DNA from: an uncultured Chitinophagaceae bacterium
GTDB taxonomy: Bacteria > Bacteroidota > Bacteroidia > Chitinophagales > Chitinophagaceae
Direction of reading: 5' to 3'
Assembly (NCBI GenBank): GCA_966674115.1
Contig: CBKWHA010000002.1
Coordinates: 5,399-69,398 of the forward strand
DNA: 64,000 nucleotides
Numbering within the stretch: the stretch's first letter is position 1; every line of letters begins with the position of its first letter. Position numbers and translations under genes: made by a program. The notes beneath the pieces are model-generated. The model made no database searches. It saw only the letters and a list, made by a program, of their open reading frames with translations, and was not told the DNA's origin. Shown one piece after another: positions 46,915 to 56,964 of this stretch.

Positions 46915-47970
46915 ATGGCTGATCTCTCCAAGTTTGATCCCAATAGTGTGGGTAATCCTGATAATAATATATTTGGATTGCCTTTTACAGAAGAAGATGC
47001 CCGCCTGATTCTACTACCTGTGCCTTGGGAAGTTACCGTAAGCTTTGGATCTGGAACTGCACGTTCTGCAGAACAAATTTTTAAGGCAAGTTTGCAAGTA
47101 GACCTTTTCGATCCGGATATACCTGATGGCTGGAAAGAAGGCTTCTTTCTTAAAGAATCAGATAAGAAGGTTTTACTGAAGAGTGATTATTTGCGCAAGG
47201 AAGCTGAATTGTTCATAGATTATATCTCAAGGGGCGATGAGGTAGCAAGCAACCAGTTTATGACCCGCACCCTGAAGGATGTAAATGAAGGAAGCGTTTT
47301 CTTAAACAACTGGGTGTACCAACAAACCAAAGCGCTATTGGACAGCGGAAAACTGGTGGGGCTCCTTGGCGGGGACCATAGTACACCACTCGGTTACATG
47401 AAGGCTATAGCTGAAAAGTATGGAGATTTCGGAATAATTCAGATCGATGCACACTGTGATTTAAGGGAAGCTTATGAAGGGTTCACTTACTCACACGCAA
47501 GCATTATGTATAATGCTATTAACGAGATCCCGCAAATGCAAAAGTTGGTGCAAGTGGGTATCCGTGATTTCTCATCTGGCGAATGGGAGTTCATCCAGCA
47601 AAACAACAATCGTGTAAAAACATATTTCGACCGTGATATCCGTATCCGTCAGTTCGAAGGCGAAAGATTCAAAGATATAGTTGATGAAATTGTAAGTCAG
47701 TTACCGGAAAAAGTCTATATATCATTTGATATTGATGGTCTCGATCCAAAACTTTGTCCGAATACTGGAACACCTGTTCAGGGCGGATTTGAAACCGAGC
47801 AGACCTTTTACCTGATGAATAAGATTCGCCTGTCTGGCAGGCAGATAATTGGCTTTGATCTTTGTGAAGTAAGCACCAGCGAAACCGGGTGGGATGCCAA
47901 TGTTGGTGCTCGTGTTCTGTTTAAATTGTGTAATTTGTTGGTAGCAGGTAATCCGGCAAACCATGTTTGA
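46915..47970 (+). CDS. Arginase/agmatinase/formimidoylglutamase (ureohydrolase) family protein
   Basis: The Mn-binding motifs GGDHSTPLG, QIDAHCDLR and SFDIDGLDP are all present. Confidence 0.85.
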   Translation: MADLSKFDPNSVGNPDNNIFGLPFTEEDARLILLPVPWEVTVSFGSGTARSAEQIFKASLQVDLFDPDIPDGWKEGFFLKESDKKVLLKSDYLRKEAELFIDYISRGDEVASNQFMTRTLKDVNEGSVFLNNWVYQQTKALLDSGKLVGLLGGDHSTPLGYMKAIAEKYGDFGIIQIDAHCDLREAYEGFTYSHASIMYNAINEIPQMQKLVQVGIRDFSSGEWEFIQQNNNRVKTYFDRDIRIRQFEGERFKDIVDEIVSQLPEKVYISFDIDGLDPKLCPNTGTPVQGGFETEQTFYLMNKIRLSGRQIIGFDLCEVSTSETGWDANVGARVLFKLCNLLVAGNPANHV

Positions 47971-48586
47971 TATTCCTGTAAAAATTGAGGGAATTGAAAA
48001 GCGGAGAAGAAGTGTTGGAATGTTCCACATCCTGGCCGGACTCTTCTTGGTAGCTAATGCCAGCCTCGTATTTAAATACCTGAATTATAGCAACTTCTGG
48101 ACTTTACTTCCTGTTTTCGTTGTAGCTGTGGTTTCTATTTATTATGGGGCGGTTCGAAAGAGAATTGATACTGATTTTAAATATAATCGGTTGCTAAGGT
48201 GGCTACAGTTTTCGGTCTTCTTGGTTTTTGCAATTATTCTGTTGCGTTCAGGCAATGCCAGCCGCAGCCTAAGTCTTTTTCTTTGGGCTGGCATTTGTCT
48301 GGCCCTGCTTTTTGCAGAAAGGTTCATTTCATCTCAGCCGGCAATAAAGATCAGCAATGAGGGAATAAGCGCTCCGGGAAGCTTTTCGATCAAAAAGATT
48401 TACTGGAATATGTTGGAAAGTGTTATAGTTCGTAAGGATTATATTACTTTGAACTACACAAACAACCAATACTTGCAATTCGAAATATCGGGTTTGTTAA
48501 CAGGTACGGAAATTGAGCGGATAAACATGTTCTGCAGTGAAAAGTTAGGCAAACTGAAGTATCAGAATGCAAATAAGGGTGAATAA
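47963..48586 (+). CDS. Membrane protein (4 TM plus a small cytoplasmic domain), unknown function
   Basis: Its start overlaps the ureohydrolase stop by 8 nt (ATGTTTGA), which suggests translational coupling. Confidence 0.6.
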   Translation: MFDIPVKIEGIEKRRRSVGMFHILAGLFLVANASLVFKYLNYSNFWTLLPVFVVAVVSIYYGAVRKRIDTDFKYNRLLRWLQFSVFLVFAIILLRSGNASRSLSLFLWAGICLALLFAERFISSQPAIKISNEGISAPGSFSIKKIYWNMLESVIVRKDYITLNYTNNQYLQFEISGLLTGTEIERINMFCSEKLGKLKYQNANKGE

Positions 48587-48629
48587 GTGCTAACCCAATA
48601 TCATTTTATCATTATAATCAATTATATCA

Positions 48630-49919
48630 GTGATATCTCCATATATTTTATATTCAGACGGCAAAGGAAATATTTACGAGGATACAAGCTTGTACGTTAC
48701 CGGCCGAAGTGGTTGGGATGCATTTCAGGTATCAGCCGATGAATGGATAGAGTTACCTCATGGAGGCCAGTTATATGAACTTCCTGGCCGGCGTGGTATA
48801 GGCATAGACGTAAAAACTGGTGAAATGCGATTATGCGATAAGGGTTGGGCTGTGGCTGCTTTTATTCCTCCTGCACATACTGGCTTTTATTTGGCTGCCT
48901 ATGAAACCGCACCTGATGCTCCTACCCTTCCACTATTCTGTTATACAGCCGCTGGCTGGCATAACAATAAGTTTTATGTTCCTGCCGTTCGGATAGAACG
49001 GGATATCAGGCAGGAATGTGGTGGCTTTGATGATAAAACTGTGGCCTCCGGCGTTGAACACCTGTTAAAATTATACCCGCACAACCGGCTGGTATCACAC
49101 TTAGCCAATAATTGTGCACTCACTTACCATTGCCCTGCAGCCCGCAATTATTTCATGGGACGTTGGGAATGTCCAATCCCTTCTTCACCTGCTTGTAATG
49201 CAAACTGTATTGGTTGTATTTCTTTTCAGCCGGAAGAAGAAACAATAGTATCAACCCAGGACCGCCTGACCTTCAAACCAACTGCAGAAGAAATCGTTGA
49301 ATATACTGTGCCTCATCTGGAAACAGCTCCTTACCCGATCGTTAGCTTCGGCCAGGGATGTGAAGGAGAGCCTTTACTGATGTGGGAAACCATTCGGGAA
49401 GCTATTATCGAGATTCGAAAGCATACTTCAAAAGGCAGCATCAATATAAATACGAACGGTTCGCGACCTGCAGCCGTAAAGGCTTTGTGCGAAGCTGGCC
49501 TGGATAGTATAAGGGTGAGCACAAACTCAGCTAGGCGCGAGATTTACATGCCTTATTACCGGCCCAACAATTACGACTTTGAAGATATCATTGAAAGCCT
49601 GAAAGTAGTTAGAGGCTTTGGCGGCTGGACCTCAATCAATTATTTTGTTTTTCCTGGAATGACCGACTCAGTGGCAGAGTATGAAGCGCTGCGTAAGTTG
49701 ATCATTGATACCGATCTCTGTATGATACAATGGCGCAATTTTAATATCGATCCGGATTGGTACCTGGGTAAAATTGGTGTAGCAGATACAGGTGAAATAC
49801 TCGGTATAAAGCAATTAATGGAACTCATACGGGATGAGTTCCCTCACCTGAAGTTTGGTTATTATAACCCGCCAATAGAAAGAATTAAAGGGCGTTTTGA
49901 TGCAGACTTTGCACATTAA
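48630..49919 (+). CDS. Radical SAM protein with a ~180-aa N-terminal domain of unknown function
   Basis: The CxxxCxxC motif CNANCIGC lies at nt 49194-49217, with GQGCEGEPLL (SAM-binding GGE-like) downstream. Apparent GTG start. Confidence 0.8.
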   Translation: MISPYILYSDGKGNIYEDTSLYVTGRSGWDAFQVSADEWIELPHGGQLYELPGRRGIGIDVKTGEMRLCDKGWAVAAFIPPAHTGFYLAAYETAPDAPTLPLFCYTAAGWHNNKFYVPAVRIERDIRQECGGFDDKTVASGVEHLLKLYPHNRLVSHLANNCALTYHCPAARNYFMGRWECPIPSSPACNANCIGCISFQPEEETIVSTQDRLTFKPTAEEIVEYTVPHLETAPYPIVSFGQGCEGEPLLMWETIREAIIEIRKHTSKGSININTNGSRPAAVKALCEAGLDSIRVSTNSARREIYMPYYRPNNYDFEDIIESLKVVRGFGGWTSINYFVFPGMTDSVAEYEALRKLIIDTDLCMIQWRNFNIDPDWYLGKIGVADTGEILGIKQLMELIRDEFPHLKFGYYNPPIERIKGRFDADFAH

Positions 49920-50108
49920 TAATACCTCATCCCTATGAGTAATAACATTTTCACCATTCACGACCCGATTACCATACTACTCAAATGAAACCGGTATAAA
50001 TGTCCAAAGGGTTCAATAAGTTTAATTGGTTCTTTTCAAGCCTAAGTGTTTTTCACATTTGAACTTTTAAACTTACTAAACCCTTTAAACACCTTAAACT
50101 TCCCACTT

Positions 50109-50591
50109 TTACCGCTTAGTTGTCACAATGTTACCTCTAATTTCACCTGCCGGATAGGCAGCGGTATGAATATTATAGTAAACTTTGCCTTCCAATAAAT
50201 AGCCCTCAACTTCATCAGATAGGGTTTCAGATTTACTCACATTACCTTCAGGGGTATTGGACCCGGGGATGGGTATTAAAACACCGGCACTTTCCTGAGG
50301 AGTAGCAGGTCCATGAAAGTGCATGGCAGATGCATTACCGGTTAGTCCTGTCCAGGTGATTGTATATTGAAGTACGTTTGTATTTTCATTGTATGTGCCT
50401 GTAATGGTACCTGTAGCGTTTGAGACCACCGGAGTTGCCTGCCGTTCGTTGGCTGCATTTGCAGGTCCACTAAGGTCATAAACTACTTCTTTTGGAGTGT
50501 CATCATCATCGTCATCACAACCAATAGCAACAAATGAAAGGAATAAGCCACCCAGAAAAAGTTTGGAAAGCCATAGCGCATTTTGTTTCAT
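50109..50591 (-). CDS. CHRD domain lipoprotein
   Basis: Lipobox AIGC followed by an Asp run, then ...GNASAMHFHGPA... and ...YYNIHTAAYPAGEIRGNI, the CHRD signature. Confidence 0.8.
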   Translation of the reverse strand: MKQNALWLSKLFLGGLFLSFVAIGCDDDDDDTPKEVVYDLSGPANAANERQATPVVSNATGTITGTYNENTNVLQYTITWTGLTGNASAMHFHGPATPQESAGVLIPIPGSNTPEGNVSKSETLSDEVEGYLLEGKVYYNIHTAAYPAGEIRGNIVTTKR

Positions 50592-50815
50592 AATATATCT
50601 GGTTTTTGGTTAAAGGAATATGATTCTTATCGACACGGCAGTATACAGACTTGGTTTTTTAGTAAATACGTAATTGTACAAAGGGGGGTTGCCAATATCT
50701 TTTAGAATAAATGTTAAAAGAAGGCCATCTCATATTGCTATAAACGCAATTTGTATAACTTTTGCATCGTTTGGAAGTCTATAAAAGAACGAATACTTTC
50801 GACCTATAAATTTGT

Positions 50816-51682
50816 ATGAGCAACACTATCAACATGACGGCCGATTTTGAAAGGGAAAAAAACAGGAAAGCCACTGCCATTACTTTAGGTATTGCTGGTT
50901 TATTATTGTTGCTGTTCTACTTGGTAAAATGGCCCCTCCCCACCATTTCACAACCCGAGTTTGTGGAAGTTATGGAGGTAAATCTGGGTTCTGGCGACGA
51001 AGGTTCTGGTACAGATCAGCCTTTACTTCCCGGGGAACCTGCTCCAGCCCAGCAAACTGCTTATACACCACCACAACCGGTAAAAGCTGCTACCAGTGAA
51101 GCAAAAGACGTAGAAACAGACGATCGTCCGGATAATGACGCGCCGGCTATTACAAAGCCAGCCGTAACCAGTCCAAAAGCTACAAAAATTGATGATAACA
51201 ATAAAACCGTAAAAACAAACAATACTACCAGTCCTCAACCTGTGGTTCAGGCTCCTCCGCGCCCGAAAGCGGTTTTAGGACGTACAGTTGGCGGACAAGG
51301 TAATGGTGGAAATGGAGCAGATAGTTATAAGCCAGGCAGCGGTGAAGGTATTGCCGGCGGAACAGGCGATCAGGGCCGTCCAGGCGGTGTTCCGGGTGGA
51401 AGGGATTATACAGGTACCCCAAGAAGACTGGGTATCCGCACAGTTAGCTTTCCAACACAAAACTTCGAAGATGATTTCGACGAAAGTGGGAAAGTGGCAC
51501 TGGACATAGTTGTTGATGAAAATGGCAAATTGAAATCCGCTACTTACCAGCCCAAAGGGTCCACACTCTCAAATAGGAAACAGATCAATATTGCGATCAG
51601 GCGGGCTCACGAGATCCCCTATCCTAAATACGAAGGCGGTTTTAGACAAACCATTATCGTAGATTTCAAAGTAAGGGGATAA
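50816..51682 (+). CDS. TonB-like energy transducer family protein
   Basis: Single N-terminal TM, a long Pro/Gly-rich spacer, and a C-terminal ~80-aa TonB_C-like domain (...GKVALDIVVDENGKLKSA...). Confidence 0.7.
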   Translation: MSNTINMTADFEREKNRKATAITLGIAGLLLLLFYLVKWPLPTISQPEFVEVMEVNLGSGDEGSGTDQPLLPGEPAPAQQTAYTPPQPVKAATSEAKDVETDDRPDNDAPAITKPAVTSPKATKIDDNNKTVKTNNTTSPQPVVQAPPRPKAVLGRTVGGQGNGGNGADSYKPGSGEGIAGGTGDQGRPGGVPGGRDYTGTPRRLGIRTVSFPTQNFEDDFDESGKVALDIVVDENGKLKSATYQPKGSTLSNRKQINIAIRRAHEIPYPKYEGGFRQTIIVDFKVRG

Positions 51683-51713
51683 TTTTCCTTTTCTTTACCT
51701 GCAGTTCCGCCAT

Positions 51714-51721
51714 TACTTTTG
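51714..51721 (+). promoter_or_regulatory. Candidate -7 box (TAnnTTTG) for folC
   Basis: TACTTTTG lies 6 nt upstream of the ATG at 51728. The ORF-track TTG start (51719) lies inside the box. Confidence 0.35.
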
Positions 51722-51727
51722 CGGCTG

Positions 51728-53026
51728 ATGAACTACGCCGAAACAATAGATTACCTCTACAACAAGCTTCCTATGTTCAGCAGCATAGGATGTACTGCAT
51801 TTAAGAAAGACCTTAACAACACACTCATCATTTGCAAACAATTAGGAAATCCTCAACAAAAGTTTAAATCAGTTCACATCGCTGGTACCAACGGCAAAGG
51901 TTCTGTTAGTCATATGTTGGCGGCTATTTTTCAAACCGCAGGTTATAAGACAGGGCTTTATACCTCTCCTCACTTAAAAGATTTCCGGGAACGTATCCGT
52001 ATCAATGGTGAATTGGTCACAGAAGATTTTGTAATTCAGTTTGTTGAAAAGGTAAAGCCCTTGATTGAGGAAGTTAAGCCTTCCTTTTTTGAGATCACGG
52101 TAGCTATGGCTTTTACCTATTTTGCCGAGCAGCAGGTAGACATTGCCATTGTAGAAGTTGGACTCGGCGGTAGATTAGACAGCACCAATATCGTTTTACC
52201 TGAAGTCTCTGTAATTACCAACATTGGGCTGGACCATATGAACATGCTTGGAAATACTTTAGAGGAAATAGCCGCAGAAAAGGGAGGCATTATAAAGGAA
52301 GGTATACCTGTAGTGATCGGTGAAAAACATCCCTTGACGATCCCTGTTTTTAAAAAAATAGCTTCAGAAAAAAAAGCACCGCTTTCTTTTGCAGAAGATC
52401 ATTATGCAATTGAGGAATATAGTTTTTCGAAACATTTTTTAGAAGTTCAGATTCGGGACAAATATTCTGGCAATAAAAGAAAGTATGCATTAGACCTGCC
52501 TGGTATTTATCAAACAAAAAATATCATTACTACTTTACAGACTATTCAAATTCTGAGGAAAAAAGAGTGGAAAATTGACGAACAGGATGCCTTGATTGCT
52601 TTACAGCAGGTAAAAAAATTGACAGGATTACATGGTCGCTGGGATGTTATCAAAGATAAACCGACAGTAGTTTTGGAGGTAGCCCATAATCAGGATGGAA
52701 TCCGGCAAATGCTCGAACATTTGAAGCAATTGAGCTTTAGCAAATTACATATTGTGATTGGTGTTGTGAAAGACAAAGATGTAAGCTCCATTCTTGGCAT
52801 GCTACCCAAAAGCGCCAATTACTATTTCACGCAAGCCCATATTCCAAGAGCTCTTGAAGCTAAAATACTCCAGGAGCAGGCAACACTGTCTGGATTGGAA
52901 GGCAATACTTATGAAAACGTGAATGATGCACTCAGACTCGCAATCGATAAATCTGATCCTGATGATCTGATTATCGTTTGCGGCAGTATCTTTTTGGTGG
53001 CTGAAATTGAAAAAGACAAGATCTGA
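51728..53026 (+). CDS. folC: Bifunctional folylpolyglutamate synthase / dihydrofolate synthase
   Basis: P-loop HIAGTNGKGS, ...YTSPHL...ERI... and VEVGLGGRLDSTN. Confidence 0.9.
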   Translation: MNYAETIDYLYNKLPMFSSIGCTAFKKDLNNTLIICKQLGNPQQKFKSVHIAGTNGKGSVSHMLAAIFQTAGYKTGLYTSPHLKDFRERIRINGELVTEDFVIQFVEKVKPLIEEVKPSFFEITVAMAFTYFAEQQVDIAIVEVGLGGRLDSTNIVLPEVSVITNIGLDHMNMLGNTLEEIAAEKGGIIKEGIPVVIGEKHPLTIPVFKKIASEKKAPLSFAEDHYAIEEYSFSKHFLEVQIRDKYSGNKRKYALDLPGIYQTKNIITTLQTIQILRKKEWKIDEQDALIALQQVKKLTGLHGRWDVIKDKPTVVLEVAHNQDGIRQMLEHLKQLSFSKLHIVIGVVKDKDVSSILGMLPKSANYYFTQAHIPRALEAKILQEQATLSGLEGNTYENVNDALRLAIDKSDPDDLIIVCGSIFLVAEIEKDKI

Positions 53027-53031
53027 AATAG

Positions 53032-53577
53032 CTAATATTGCATCTCACCTATTCTGTTTAATGCATAAAACATGCAGGTAGTATGCAGGCTTTGCATGAT
53101 TTTGTTTTCACGAAGCAAAACTTTTACTTCATCAATAGAATAAAGAAGAACTTCTACATCTTCGGTTTCATCCAGGCTTTGATCGCTAACCTTTTCTCCT
53201 TCTCTCATTAAAAACATGTGCATCAGGTTGTTATTTGTGGATGGATTAGGCGATATTTTACCTAAATATTCGATGCTTTTAAATTCATAACCAGTTTCTT
53301 CTTTCACCTCCCTGATGATGGCCTGGTCTAATGGTTCATGCTCATCCACACAACCTCCTGGTGTTTCAATGCAAACTTCGCCCAAACCATGACGGTATTG
53401 CTTTACAAGAACCACTTTATTGTCTTTGGTCAATGCAAAGGCTGTAACCCAGGTTGGAAACTCTTGCACATAATAGGCACTCATAATTGTCCCATTAGGC
53501 AATTCACAAACATCCTTCCGCGTAGTCAACCAGGGTTCTTTATTAATATATTCACTGGATAGTACTTTCCATTCCAT
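53032..53577 (-). CDS. NUDIX hydrolase (ADP-ribose pyrophosphatase-like)
   Basis: Nudix box GGCVDEHEPLDQAIIREVKEETGY. Confidence 0.85.
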   Translation of the reverse strand: MEWKVLSSEYINKEPWLTTRKDVCELPNGTIMSAYYVQEFPTWVTAFALTKDNKVVLVKQYRHGLGEVCIETPGGCVDEHEPLDQAIIREVKEETGYEFKSIEYLGKISPNPSTNNNLMHMFLMREGEKVSDQSLDETEDVEVLLYSIDEVKVLLRENKIMQSLHTTCMFYALNRIGEMQY

Positions 53578-53608
53578 ATTTACAAAGTAAAAGGATTTAA
53601 GAATACTA

Positions 53609-54133
53609 CTACCATCCCATACGTTCCTTTAACGATGTAATATGTGCCAAATGATGCCTGCCATGCCATGAATACATACCCAGCAAATACCATAGCGACA
53701 TCTGCTTTTGATGTTCCGGATGAACAATTGTTTTCTGCCAATCGGTTTTAGAGAAATGTTTTAAAAACTCATATAAGCGCTGGTGCACAGCAAAAAGCAA
53801 GGTCATGGAAATGTTTACCGGGAGATTTTGTACATCAGCAGTAGAAGCCCATTGCTTCTCGTCATATGGTTTTATAGTCGGGTTATCCTCAGTATAACCT
53901 AGTTTAAAGCGGCAATAGGCATTCATATGACTGTCAGCAACATGATGCACCACCTGGTGTAGGGTCCACCCGCCGGGACGGTATGGCGTTTGCAATTGGT
54001 GTTCATCTAAATTACTGATAGCATCCTCAAGCAACTGCGGCAGAAATTTAATATCTGCTAGCCACTCTTCTTTCTTTTCTTCTGAAAATTCTTGTGGTAC
54101 ATACTGACCAATGGGATAGCGTACATCAGACAT
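53609..54133 (-). CDS. yfiT: DinB/YfiT-family metal-dependent enzyme (bacillithiol-transferase-like)
   Basis: Collinear with B. subtilis YfiT as I recall it: YPIGQY.P, TPYR.GGWT..QVVHH.ADSHMN.Y.RFKL, PYDEK.W, WH..HH.AHIT.L..RMGW. Confidence 0.8.
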   Translation of the reverse strand: MSDVRYPIGQYVPQEFSEEKKEEWLADIKFLPQLLEDAISNLDEHQLQTPYRPGGWTLHQVVHHVADSHMNAYCRFKLGYTEDNPTIKPYDEKQWASTADVQNLPVNISMTLLFAVHQRLYEFLKHFSKTDWQKTIVHPEHQKQMSLWYLLGMYSWHGRHHLAHITSLKERMGW

Positions 54134-54157
54134 TGTTCTTATGTTTTAAATATGATC

Positions 54158-54919
54158 TTATTCTTCTCTTAATTTATGACCAGTCAATTGTATAAATACA
54201 TCTTCTAAATTCGCTTTTTTCATCTCCTTTGGGCGTTCAAAACCTGTTGCTACCAGTTCATCAATAAGTTTATCTGGTGTATTCGAAGCCACAATTTTGC
54301 CGGAATCAACAATAGCCACACGATCACATAAATATTCAGCTTCATCCATATAGTGTGTAGTAATAATGACTGTTGTGCCCTTTTGCCGGATATTTTTTAC
54401 CAATTCCCATAGGTTTCTCCTGGCTTGTGGATCTAGTCCTGTTGTAGGTTCATCTAAAAAAACGATTTTGGGATCATTGATCAAGGTAGTAGCTACTGAA
54501 AACCGCTGTTTTTGTCCGCCACTCAATTCTTTCACTTTTGCTTTTGCTTTATCCTTCAGGTTTACGGTTTCCAGCAGTTCTATCGGATTTACCTTTCTGT
54601 TGTATAAACCTGAGAAAAGATCAATCAGTTCTAAAAGATTCAAACCTGGATAAAAACCGCTGGTTTGCAGTTGTACACCGATGATCTTTTTGATCTCATT
54701 AGGGTGCACATCCAGGTCAAGCCCACCAACAAATATCTTACCGCTTGTTTTGGGTCGTAGGGTTTCAATAATTTCCAAAGTAGTAGACTTTCCAGCTCCG
54801 TTAGGCCCCAATAAACCAAAGATTTCACCTTCCTGTACGTCAAAGCTGATGCCTTTTACAGCTTGAAAATTGCCATAATTCTTTACCAGGTTCTGAACCG
54901 AGATCATCACTTTATTCAT
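54158..54919 (-). CDS. ABC transporter ATP-binding protein (ABC-2/DrrA-like), with no adjacent permease
   Basis: Walker [10 protein letters not shown], signature LSGGQKQR and Walker [13 protein letters not shown]. Its start overlaps the fbp stop by 8 nt. Confidence 0.9.
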   Translation of the reverse strand: MNKVMISVQNLVKNYGNFQAVKGISFDVQEGEIFGLLGPNGAGKSTTLEIIETLRPKTSGKIFVGGLDLDVHPNEIKKIIGVQLQTSGFYPGLNLLELIDLFSGLYNRKVNPIELLETVNLKDKAKAKVKELSGGQKQRFSVATTLINDPKIVFLDEPTTGLDPQARRNLWELVKNIRQKGTTVIITTHYMDEAEYLCDRVAIVDSGKIVASNTPDKLIDELVATGFERPKEMKKANLEDVFIQLTGHKLREE

Positions 54920-55949
54920 GCAACTGTTTTTCTTTCAACATGTATTCTTCCAGCTCATTCATCATACCCTTGCTGCCAATGAAGAGAGGAGAACGCTGGT
55001 GCAGTTCTGTGGGTTGAATATCCAGGATTCTCTGTTTGCCATCTGTTGCTCTGCCGCCGGCTACTTCTACGATAAATGCAAATGGATTACACTCATACAA
55101 CAAACGAAGTTTACCACCAGGTTTATCTGCCAGGCCTGGATACATAAAGATACCGCCCTTCAGCAGGTTGCGGTGCACGTCAGCTACCATACTACCAATA
55201 TAGCGCTGGGTATATGGTCCGCCATTCTCTTTTGTCTTTTTCTGGCAATTATTGATGTATTCCCTCACACCATGTGTATACTTAAAGAAATTACCATGAT
55301 TTACGGAATAGATTTTTCCAAATTCCGGGCACCTGATGTCCGGATGGCTCAAACAAAACTCCCCTATAGAGGGGTCCAGGGTAAATCCATTTACTCCCCG
55401 GCGAGTGGCATAGACCAGCATGGTGGAGGATCCATAAACGATATAGCCTGCAGCCACCTGCCGTATACCTGGTTGTAAAATATCTTCTTCGGTAACTTTT
55501 GTCCCTCTTTCCGTTACCCTTCTGTAAACACCGAATATGGTTCCAATAGAAATGTTGACATCTATATTGCCACTGCCATCCAGAGGATCAAAAAGTACCA
55601 CGTATTTGGATTGTTTGCTTACTTCATCATCAAAAGCAATGAATTCGTCCAGTTCCTCACTGGCAATACCGGCACAGCTTATACCATGTTGCAACACCCC
55701 CATGAGTTGGTTATTGGCATAGATGTCCAACTTTTTGACATCTTCACCTTGCACATTTATCGAACCGGCATCTCCAAGGATGTCTACCAACCCCGCCTTA
55801 TTAACCTCCACATTAATGCGTTTGGCTGCCAGTCCAATGTCTCTTAATAAAGAACTTAATTCTCCGGTAGCGCCGGGTATACCACGTAATTGCTGTATGG
55901 TGTACTCATCCAGCGTAAGAACTTGCCTGTTTACTGTATTCATATGCAT
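54912..55949 (-). CDS. fbp: Class 1 fructose-1,6-bisphosphatase
   Basis: ...[11 protein letters not shown]..., ...GYIVYGSST... and ...[23 protein letters not shown]. Confidence 0.95.
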   Translation of the reverse strand: MHMNTVNRQVLTLDEYTIQQLRGIPGATGELSSLLRDIGLAAKRINVEVNKAGLVDILGDAGSINVQGEDVKKLDIYANNQLMGVLQHGISCAGIASEELDEFIAFDDEVSKQSKYVVLFDPLDGSGNIDVNISIGTIFGVYRRVTERGTKVTEEDILQPGIRQVAAGYIVYGSSTMLVYATRRGVNGFTLDPSIGEFCLSHPDIRCPEFGKIYSVNHGNFFKYTHGVREYINNCQKKTKENGGPYTQRYIGSMVADVHRNLLKGGIFMYPGLADKPGGKLRLLYECNPFAFIVEVAGGRATDGKQRILDIQPTELHQRSPLFIGSKGMMNELEEYMLKEKQLHE

Positions 55950-56104
55950 TGTCGGTTAAGGTGTGCAAAAGTAAGGTTTAAACAAACGATAGTTTGGTCG
56001 GAAATTATTGAATTATAGATACTTCTGGTAATAAAATTCAACTTTTTTTTCAATTTCATACCGTGTTTGTTAAACACAAATCGGTATCACATTTATTATT
56101 GGCT

Positions 56105-56563
56105 TTACTTTTTCGCATCGTTTATTTCAATCCAATACCCATCAGGATCACGGAAATAAATTTGCTGAACCCCGTCCACTCTGACCGTGACTTCACCCTT
56201 AATGCCCTTTACATTCTCAAACTCAATTCTTTCTTTCTTCAACCTATCGATGAACGATGCCAAATGATTGACGCTAAAGCACAAATGAGAATTTTTGTAG
56301 TAGGTTTTAACAGCAGGAGCATCTTCTATTAGATGAAGACTTACATTATCGCCAACAGAGAACCAGGCATGCTTTCCATCTTTAAAAGGTTCAGGAATAG
56401 TATCCAGTCCAACAATGTTATAGTAAAAGGAAACACTTTTTTTGAGATCTGTAACAGACAAGGCTATGTGATTGATAACAGGTGTCTGTTGGGCAAAAAT
56501 GTAGCCATTCACCTTGATCACCGAAAATAGAAATAGGAACTGGTAAAGAATTTTCTTCATCAA
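56105..56563 (-). CDS. Secreted VOC (glyoxalase/dioxygenase) family protein
   Basis: Signal peptide, then INHIALSVTDLKKSVSFYYNIVGL...IPEPFKDGKHAWF...YFRDPDGYWIEINDA. It is a clear paralogue of 814..1224. Confidence 0.85.
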   Translation of the reverse strand: MMKKILYQFLFLFSVIKVNGYIFAQQTPVINHIALSVTDLKKSVSFYYNIVGLDTIPEPFKDGKHAWFSVGDNVSLHLIEDAPAVKTYYKNSHLCFSVNHLASFIDRLKKERIEFENVKGIKGEVTVRVDGVQQIYFRDPDGYWIEINDAKK

Positions 56564-56681
56564 ACAACTTTACAATAAAAGTAAGCAATAATATCCCCTG
56601 GCCGCATGCAAACGCAGCTCTGTATGTCTATTCCTAACAGATCGGAAAGTCTCCTAATAGATAAGCCTTGGTTAACTCTTT

Positions 56682-56894
56682 TTATGTTCCGCTGGAATCT
56701 AATTCAAAACTAATCTTCGCAGTAATCCGGTACTGAACGATCTTGTTACCTTCTACTATAGCACTGTGTTCTTTGATAAAGACTGATTTAATGCCATGTA
56801 AGCTTTTTGAAGCTTCATTTACAGCTTGCTGCGCAGCATCTTCCCAACTTGTACCTGAATTGGCTAAAATTTCGATGACTTTAACGATTGCCAT
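56682..56894 (-). CDS. Dodecin family (flavin-binding) protein
   Basis: The 70-aa sequence KVIEILANSGTSWEDAAQQAVNEASKSLHGIKSVFIKEHSAIVEGNKIVQYRITAKISFEL matches the dodecin pattern, including the SWEDA Trp. Confidence 0.8.
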   Translation of the reverse strand: MAIVKVIEILANSGTSWEDAAQQAVNEASKSLHGIKSVFIKEHSAIVEGNKIVQYRITAKISFELDSSGT

Positions 56895-56964
56895 AACTAT
56901 AATTTTTATTTTGGAAAATAAAAGCCAGCTATCAGGTGAAGAAGGTTAATGGCCTGTTGCGAAT

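Noticed and set aside
54918-55959. Plus-strand ORFs (186, 61, 78 and 78 aa) overlapping fbp
   Set aside because: They lie antisense to a well-supported fbp CDS and the sequences look compositionally odd.
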